DNA of 64,000 nt from Octopus vulgaris (Eukaryota): positions 32,488,001 to 32,552,000 of the forward strand of contig OX597828.1 of the NCBI GenBank assembly GCA_951406725.2, in the 5' to 3' direction. The notes beneath the pieces are model-generated. The model was not told the origin of the DNA. It ran no database searches and saw only the letters and a program-made list of their open reading frames with translations. This document shows, piece after piece, positions 55,511 through 64,000 of the stretch (the stretch's first letter is position 1; every line of letters begins with the position of its first letter). The position numbers and the translations under genes were made by a program.

Positions 55511-56852
55511 CGTTTAAGCACACGATCTCAGATCAAATCACTTGCTATGCAAGTACATCTCCGTAATAACAAACTTTTTTTTTAAATTCTGTTGGCTACC
55601 TATCCCCAATTTCAGCACGTCGTGACTTTATAGTGAGTGTTTAATATATGGAAATGGACGATTTAAAGTGTTATCAGCATATTGGCATGTAAATAATTTT
55701 TATTTTGCTCTTGTTTATAAGTTGTTTATAATTTTAACCTTTAAAGGTATTTTAACATGCTAAATTTTTGATAAATTTTTTTTATGAAAAATACTTCATC
55801 CTATATTAGTAGTAGATATATTACCATTAACTTAGGGACTGGTAACCACTATAAGCTGTGCTTCAGAATTGTTCATATGTGTGATGAGGCTGGCTAAAGG
55901 ATTTTACATTTAGATATAACTGGGGTACTTATGTGTACACATGACTTTTGCTTGTGCTCTTTTCCTTGGGTTCGTGGAAGTATTAATAGCCATTACTTAT
56001 TTTGCCCCACATCATTCTTTTAAAATTGAAACTTATAAAATTGAATTGGCTAAAATTAAATGCAAAATGATGTTGCAACAGTTGCAATGTATTGGTTTCA
56101 AACAGACAAGGAAGAAATAACGATAAAATCAAAATATCAAGCTAGGGATCTATAATTGCTTATTCTAATAGGCACAAACATAATCACCTTACTGCAAGCT
56201 CTATGATCTATTCATCTCGTGCACACCCTCACCCACTTGATATTAGTTCTATGAGTCTAGGGATACTTACCCATTTCAATAATTGCTATGCTCATACCAC
56301 TTCCCTATATATGTAAGTCAAGAGAGAGCAATCATATTTTTTCACAATTAATAATTAATATTCTTTGTTATGACACTCGTTATCTCTCTAGACACAACTT
56401 ACGATCCATAGACAGACAATACGCCCTTGACATTTTATATAATTACGCCAGCATTAAAATTTTATTAACCTTTCATGAATAGCGAATCGAGAACATAGAA
56501 GTGATATACGTTTCTGTGTTATGAAAATTGTAAACAAGTTTATAACTTCTGGATTGCCATGTATGTCCCTAATCAAGAAAGTGCGCATTCAGCCCACTTA
56601 TATAACCTACTACATGAATATTTACATGGAATTATCCAGGATTGTATACTAGTTGTAAGATATAAGCAAAACTTCAATAACACACCAACGTTACAGAATG
56701 TAGTCCATATTAAACATATCCAGAAATATTAAGCTCTCCTGTCTTAGAAAGAATTTTTCTTCACCCACTCCCTTCCGGTCATTTCAAAATATAACCACGT
56801 GTGAATCATTGGCGATTTTCTTCCTCTGTCTTCCCTTCTTTTGGACTTTCCT

Positions 56853-56891
56853 ATATTTCTGAAGAAGAGCTTTGCTCGAAACGTTCAATAC
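56853..56891 (+). ncRNA. Minimal type-I hammerhead motif in a PLE-like terminal remnant (about 56800-56990)
   Basis: UAUUU-CUGAAGA-A-GAGC[uuu]GCUC-GAAAC-GUU-CAAUA. The core is canonical, stem II is perfect, and stem I has one mismatch. Confidence 0.65.
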
Positions 56892-56984
56892 TCTTTCTTT
56901 CCTTTCCTGAGCGTCTGATAATACATTACTTATACCACGTCCTCGCGTTGTTTTGTCAGGTTTATTCTTCTTTGTGGGAATTCA

Positions 56985-57069
<85 letters not shown>

Positions 57070-57218
57070 CTATGAGCTTGTTTACTTTATTACTTTCTCA
57101 CATTTGGTTTCCCCTTATTTAACGGTCATTCTAAAAGACCTTTTGCCTTAATAACGGTTAGTTACATGGTAATTTCCTTTTGTGTAACAGTCATTTTCAT
57201 AGCATTTTTTCATTGCTT

Positions 57219-57281
57219 TAATAACTGACGAGATGACGGAGCAGATTTCCGCCACAACAACTGAAACTCGGAGTTTTATTA
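57219..57281 (+). ncRNA. Type-I hammerhead motif with degraded stem II
   Basis: UAAUAA-CUGACGA-[gaugacgga...uccgccacaacaacu]-GAAAC-UCGGA-GUU-UUAUUA. It has a 6-bp stem I and a near-palindromic stem III. Confidence 0.5.
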
Positions 57282-57415
57282 TGGCAACCGAATAATTGGC
57301 GCACATTTTATTACAGATAGAGTCCTCAGCCTACTTAATATCGAGATCTCATTCATTTTTTTTTTGTCATACTATAAATATATATATATATATATATATA
57401 AATACATACATAGAA

Positions 57416-57488
<73 letters not shown>

Positions 57489-57770
57489 TATATACATACA
57501 TATATAAAATAATAAACATTATTATAAGACAATAGTATCATTTTCCAGCAATGGACACCATAATAGTTGAATTATAGATACTCGCAGTAATAAATATAAT
57601 TACCCCTGGCGTCTCTTCTCTCCCAGAGGGGAGATGAAAATTTATTATGTTCGCTGCCTGCGCACATCTTTGGTTCTATGCAATCAATGAAGCTCTTCAA
57701 TAGCATCGTACAGTTATCGACTGCTATATCCAGCAAACATTGGTACCTTGTTGTGCCACTATTTCCCATG

Positions 57771-57803
<33 letters not shown>

Positions 57804-60800
57804 GTGCGTTTGTGTGTGTGTGTGTGTGTGTAGTCATATGTGTGCATCAAATTTGTAAGTAAATACTTAGATTTAGTTAAATGACACACAGTGATCTTGG
57901 CAATTATTAGCCGAGACTCTGACAAAAGTAATATCAGCACCAGGTGAAAGATTTTGCATCATATTTCGAAGCACCACAAACACTCGAAAAGTCTTTTATT
58001 TTTTCCCAAACTCCACCTGACAGTCAGCGTTGTTGTTTTTTTTATGCTATTTCTTGTTGAAAGTAATCTTCTTTCCGTTTAATTACGTTGCCGTTTTTCT
58101 CTTTGATGCTTTATAAGATATATTGAATAAGCAACATTGAGATAAAACTATTTTGTTGCAACTTTACCAGCGTGATTTGTGAGTATGATGCCAGATTTAT
58201 ATGGAGAAGGTATGTCGAATATTTTTCTCATAGTACAAATGCACTTAGTATTTATGGTGACGTTGAGAGTAGAGCTTCTACATTCTTGGGAGAGTTTAAG
58301 AAAAAATGATCCGAGCCAGATTTATTAATTTTTTACTAAATTATTTCTAAATTGCTACAGTTAATATTATATTTTGTTGAGGGAGCAGATTTCAAAGTGA
58401 GAACCAAAAAGAGGAGGCGTAAGGGTGAGTGTATCAGGGTCTTTAGATCTTGTGATCTAACAATATATAGTGACAGTGAAAGGGGAAACGAGAATAATTA
58501 GAAAAACAAAAGGAAAGTTGGAAAACGTTAGCAAAGAGCAAGAGAGAAAGAGTCTGAGGAAGCAATTAAATTATTATAAATTATTAAGATATATACTGAA
58601 ATATTTCATTTTAACACCTGGAAGTAATATTTAGATATATTTGCATCGTGATTGCTATTCTTTATCATACATCTAAGACCTTGATAAACTTTTTACCGAA
58701 AATACAAGATAGTTTTGTTTTGTTTTTTTTTGCTGTAAATTAGTCAATAATGTGAGTCACTACATTTAAAGCACGTTGATTTGATTGAATTAAAAAGAAA
58801 AGAAAGCACCACTTTAAACCGTATGTTTAATGTTACAATTAAAATTGTATTATTGATTTGTTTCAGGTGTGGCAGATACTAAAGGGATTAACCAATTATA
58901 TCGCATTGTGTTTTTCTTTTTTTTTCTTCATTTACTTGTATGATTTGCTGAAACAATCTCGTCTACTCTATTATACATCGATTAATGAGCCTAATTTGGT
59001 GAATCACATAATTTATTTCGCTCGTCTGTTAAAATTACCGGCAAATTCATTGTGCGTATGTAGCGTCTGCAATTAATGTCATGTTCTGAACGTTGTGCAC
59101 GATATGCTATGGAGAGAAACATTGAAATTTTTCTGAAGACTCACAGGTTGTAAAATGAATATTTTACAGAACATTGCATGATGTGCCAAGTCATTTAATG
59201 CAATGCACATTAGATTAGAGCTAATTGGACATAATTACTTGCTGCAGAAATAACATACATGTTTAATGACTAAAATTATTTTAATTATTCGTGTAATTGC
59301 AGTTAATAACTCCGGATATGTTTCTGCCATATTAACCCTCCTTAGCAAAGCATATATTCTACCAACTTGGCAAAATATTGTTTAGAAATATTTTGTACAC
59401 AATACTATACATAAGTCTGTGTAGCTATTGCGACACATCAGTATTTATTAATATACATCAGCGTTTATTTAGTTAATGCAAAGTGTATTGAATAGTTAAT
59501 TAGGAATAATCGTGACTTGGGAAAACAATGATAATTAGTGACTGCGTTTCATTAATAACTGCGAAAATGTCGGTATATTTCGATTGATTTAGCGCAGGAT
59601 TGTATTCGTAGGAACTGAAGTAAATAGATAAACGCTACACAATTTGGTGCAGAAATTTGGCAAAACAAAAACAAGATATTGCAGAGATAAAGTAACTATT
59701 GTTAACTTGTTTCGAACAGATTTTCACAGAGGGAATTAAATGATTTACACAAAATATTTACATTGGAAGTAGTGGTGTTAAAAAAAATGATACTAAACGA
59801 AATGTATTTCTTCGACGAAGTCGCATTTTGTATTCATAAGGTACCATTCTTTGTTAATCGAAGTCAGAATAAAACATCATTGGAAATATATTACACTCTG
59901 TCTAGTGGACGTTGGCTTGGTTGTTTGGTAATCAATTTTGCACTTTGCTTCGTATCCAATTGGGTCCGTCTTTGAACCCAGTGTGTAGTAAATCGTATAT
60001 CGTTTTTAAGTAGCCTCAAACAAATGAAGATTTTGCCCGAAGAGCCTAGTAGAGAGCAACCATGAGCAATCTTGCCATATACTTTCTATTATTTTGTCTT
60101 CTCCCTTCTCTGCCCATTTTTCCTGTGTTTCTGTGAGCGTGTGCGAGCGTGTATATGTGCACGCCAGTTTCGCGCTTTTGTCGTTGTGTTTTTTTTTTTT
60201 GGCGTATTTATCGGTGAAATCTATACACATTTAGAATAAATCCGAAAAAAAAAGAATACTGGTACTTTGTCTCTGGTGGACGTTACGGCAGTTTTGGTCG
60301 TGGGGAGGTTTAAGTGTCTCCCGAAATATTTTACGAGCCGACTCTCATAAACTATACTCTTCGTTGTTATCATCAACATTATACTAAAGCTGCCATTCGC
60401 CTTTATACACATGTAACACAAAGATATTAAATTAATAATATAAATACTATGTGAAAGAAATCAACTATACCCTACGGCAGAAATATAACTATGTGGAAGT
60501 ATACGTGAAACATATATCAATTTTTGGTTGTATAGTCTAAGTAATATGCTCATTTGCACTCTTATAGCACCAAGGCAGCTATAAAGCTCCACACACAATA
60601 TAAATTTCTATAAATGTTACTTCATGTAGATAAATAAAAGAGTGATAAATTAAAGGTTTCCAAAGGTCAGTGGGTTTATGAAGTCATCTGAGAGATATAA
60701 ACACAATCACCCTTCGCAATCAAGTATACATTCGTAGCATATACTTATGAAATCGAGAGTAAATAAATCAGGGGCAACTAAACACGCCTTCAAGGTCCAC

Positions 60801-62597
60801 ATATAAACATGACTCTGCGGAAATGCAGTTATTGGCAGATGTAAAAATAGAGACCTGACAGTCCAGGACTATTATTGAGTGTATAGACAAACACATACAC
60901 ACACACACAGACACACATACACACATACACAGACACACAGAGAAATATAGATAAATAAAAATATACATAGGTAAAGACAAACATTCATACATGTATACAA
61001 AGAAACACATACACACATAAATACATACATACGTACATACATACATACATACATACATACATACATACATACATACATACATACATGTATATGAAAAAAT
61101 ACATATGTATGTTTATATTCGCAGGTATACCTGTTTGTGTATACGTATATTCATTATATATATATATATAAATATATATATATATCAAAAGAAGAAAGTT
61201 TAAAGGCATGAAACCCTAAAAATGTTTATGCTAGAGCGTTAAAGAAGAAATGCGGAATATTTGCTTAACTGGTGTGCCGTTGTATGTCCGCACGCTTGTT
61301 CTACAGGGTAACGTTAGGACAATTTGTAGAATGGAAAGCAAGACCCGCCAGAGGGCCAATGAACCTGGAGAGTCAACGGATTTCCGAGTATGTTACATGT
61401 ATATTTTAGTCGCCACTTAATGAAAATAGATGTTAAAAAGATACGCATACATTCATCTAGAGTGTGTTGAGATCTAAACTGTTGCGATAAAATAACCAAG
61501 GTGATTGAATACTCTAATAGAGAAGGCGAGGATGTGTTGCTCATTAAATTTTGTGACAAACGTTTGCACCAAACTTCTACTACATCATTTTCAAAACGTG
61601 TGACTGGCCCTAAACAAGCTCTGAACACTGAAGCTTAATATGCATGGGTAGACAGCCGGGTTATATTTTCTGTTGGACCCTCATACGTGGAAACTAAGGG
61701 GTAGATTCGCCCCTCTGCCATATCTGTATCCACGTTTTGGCTTATGATTTGTCAAACAACATCGGAGAAATTTTGACTTTAATACTACTTGGATCGATAA
61801 ACTAAGTAGTATTCTTATCATGTATTCAATTAGATGAAGTATGATGTTGGTTTTAACTGATTTATCTATCTATAATATATTAGAATCACCATTATGGTAT
61901 CTTTTATCTACGATACTAATATAAAAATATAATTTTATAATAGGACTGTCTAAGAGCATTAGTGCGATCGTAAAATGAACTTGGTAAACAATAAAATGAG
62001 CGTTAGTGGACTAAACCAGCCAATAGTTTACCCCCAGAGATTCCGTCCAGCTCCAATTATACATTTAAAATATTGTAAGTATATTTACTTCAGTACATTT
62101 ATATAACTTTATAATATAACAATCATACAAATGCTTACACACACATACACACACACACACATATATATATATATACATCCGCAATTAAACACACACACAC
62201 ACACACACATATATATATGCATATATATATATTTATATACAATACCTCAGAGACCAAGGAAGTTAATGGTGGTATGCGTCAAGAACATCAGCTCAACAGA
62301 ATTGCAAAGTTCGAAAAATAAAATGCGTACGTGAGTGTGGGTGGATGTCTGTGGGTACGTGTGTGTGCGTGTGTACGCGTACATATGAGTGTGCATGGGT
62401 GTCCGTGTATGTGCGTGTGCCATTGTGCGTTTGTTGTGCAATGAACATTAAGTTAGAAGATCAAAACACACATAGCCGAAGAGAGAAAGGTGAAAGAAAG
62501 AAAATAAGTTGTTACGCGTTAAAAGTGATATAAGTTAAAACAAACTTACATATATTGCCACAAAATACACATCCTCAATACATATACAGACATATGT

Positions 62598-62644
<47 letters not shown>

Positions 62645-62684
62645 CATATGTGTGTATAATTATACATGTGTGTATATATACATG

Positions 62685-62718
<34 letters not shown>

Positions 62719-63724
62719 CATGTACATATATATATATAGATATATTTATATATATATATACATACATATGCACGTATGTATCTATATACATATACATTTG
62801 TATATATGAATTCGTGTATATAAAGCATGTATATATATATATATATATGTATATGTATATACATGTACATGTATGTATCTAAATATATACATATATATGT
62901 ATATATATAAATTGCTGACGCGTGTAGAATCTGTCTGTGCATATGATGTTAACTGGAACTGTGTATACAAATATATTCTATAGCATTGTAAGTATATCAT
63001 TAGGACAAAGTAATGGTAACGCCTCAGTAAATTCTTAATGGAATTGGTCGCCAAGTGTACCTTGTATATGTATACTAACCAATACATTTTGCTTAAGACC
63101 ATCACAACTGTGGTGGTGATGATGCTGAGCAGACTCTCCGTAAATTGAAAAAAAAAGTAATATTTCCTCACTGATGAAATACCAAAACAGAAAGGAAAGT
63201 AATCCACCAGAGGACCCCTCATTATTTTGTCAAGAAATTTATTGCAAATAGGTGTTGTTATATTTGTTGTTTCTCATATTGAACTCCAAAGAACAGGAGT
63301 TACGGAATTACTTTTATGAGACAGCTATGTGTACAATAAGATTCACTGCACTGGAACTGGGTGTGTATGCGATAAGTCGTGACTTACTCGGTACCTATGA
63401 ATGCTCCAGCAATCCCGCAGTTCGATGACTGACTCAATAAAGAGATAAAAGTTAAATATACGCTTCATTTAAAAACCTTCGAAAACGCTACAAAATATAG
63501 CACGAGCTATCGGCTTTTAATGCAATGCATTCTAGAGCAGATATAGCTGTGAATTGATAAAATTGATAACCGGGCCTCTATGCTTTTGACATTCATTAAT
63601 TCACAATGTTCGGTATTTACATAATGCTTTAGTCTAAAACGTATGTGTATCCAGTTTTTAACATTTTATGATTAGCATAGGTATGCGTACTCAAAATCAT
63701 ATTTCGTATATTTATGTCTTAACT

Positions 63725-64000
63725 GCCCACAACGGGAAGGACAGACAAAGGGTTTAAGTCGATTGCATCAACTTCAGTGCATAACTAATACTTATTTAAT
63801 CTACCCCGAAAGGATGAAAAGCAAAGTCGACCTTGGAGGAATTTGAACATATAACGTAACAGCAGACGAAATACCTATTTCTTTACTACCCTAAATATAG
63901 AGGGGACAAACAAGGAAAGACGAACGGATTAAGTCGATTACATCGACCCCAGTGCGTAACTGGTACTTAATTTATCGACCCCCGAAAGGATGAAAGGCAA
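63725..64000 (-). mobile_element. Family A SINE, multimeric core, truncated by the window edge
   Basis: Two linker+core units (GACAAACAAGG...TTAAGTCGATTACATCGACCCCAGTGC..AACT...CCCGAAAGGATGAAA.GCAA). Confidence 0.88.

Overview
This is AT-rich eukaryotic non-coding DNA saturated with (TA)n, (CA)n, (GATA)n, (AAT)n, (ACT)n and (GA)n microsatellites. The SINE families and microsatellite load suggest an octopus (cephalopod) genome, which is an inference. I found no intact host protein-coding gene, and almost all supplied ORFs are microsatellite artefacts. The real content is transposon-derived: a near-complete IR/DR-type Tc1 element (17962-19580), decayed Tc1, mariner and pogo/Tigger transposases, and fragments of Penelope-like (PLE), R4/Dong-type and CR1/L2-type retroelements. 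It also holds at least four tRNA-headed SINE families, an 11-copy 170-bp tandem array built from a SINE 3' half, and two long palindromes. The most notable signal is a set of minimal type-I hammerhead-ribozyme motifs in several unrelated short repeats. One has a compensatory G3:C8 core swap and lies inside a perfect palindrome whose mirror arm lacks exactly the ribozyme. Another pair lies in a tRNA-headed, TSD-flanked element that looks like a Pol III SINE carrying a PLE-type ribozyme tail.
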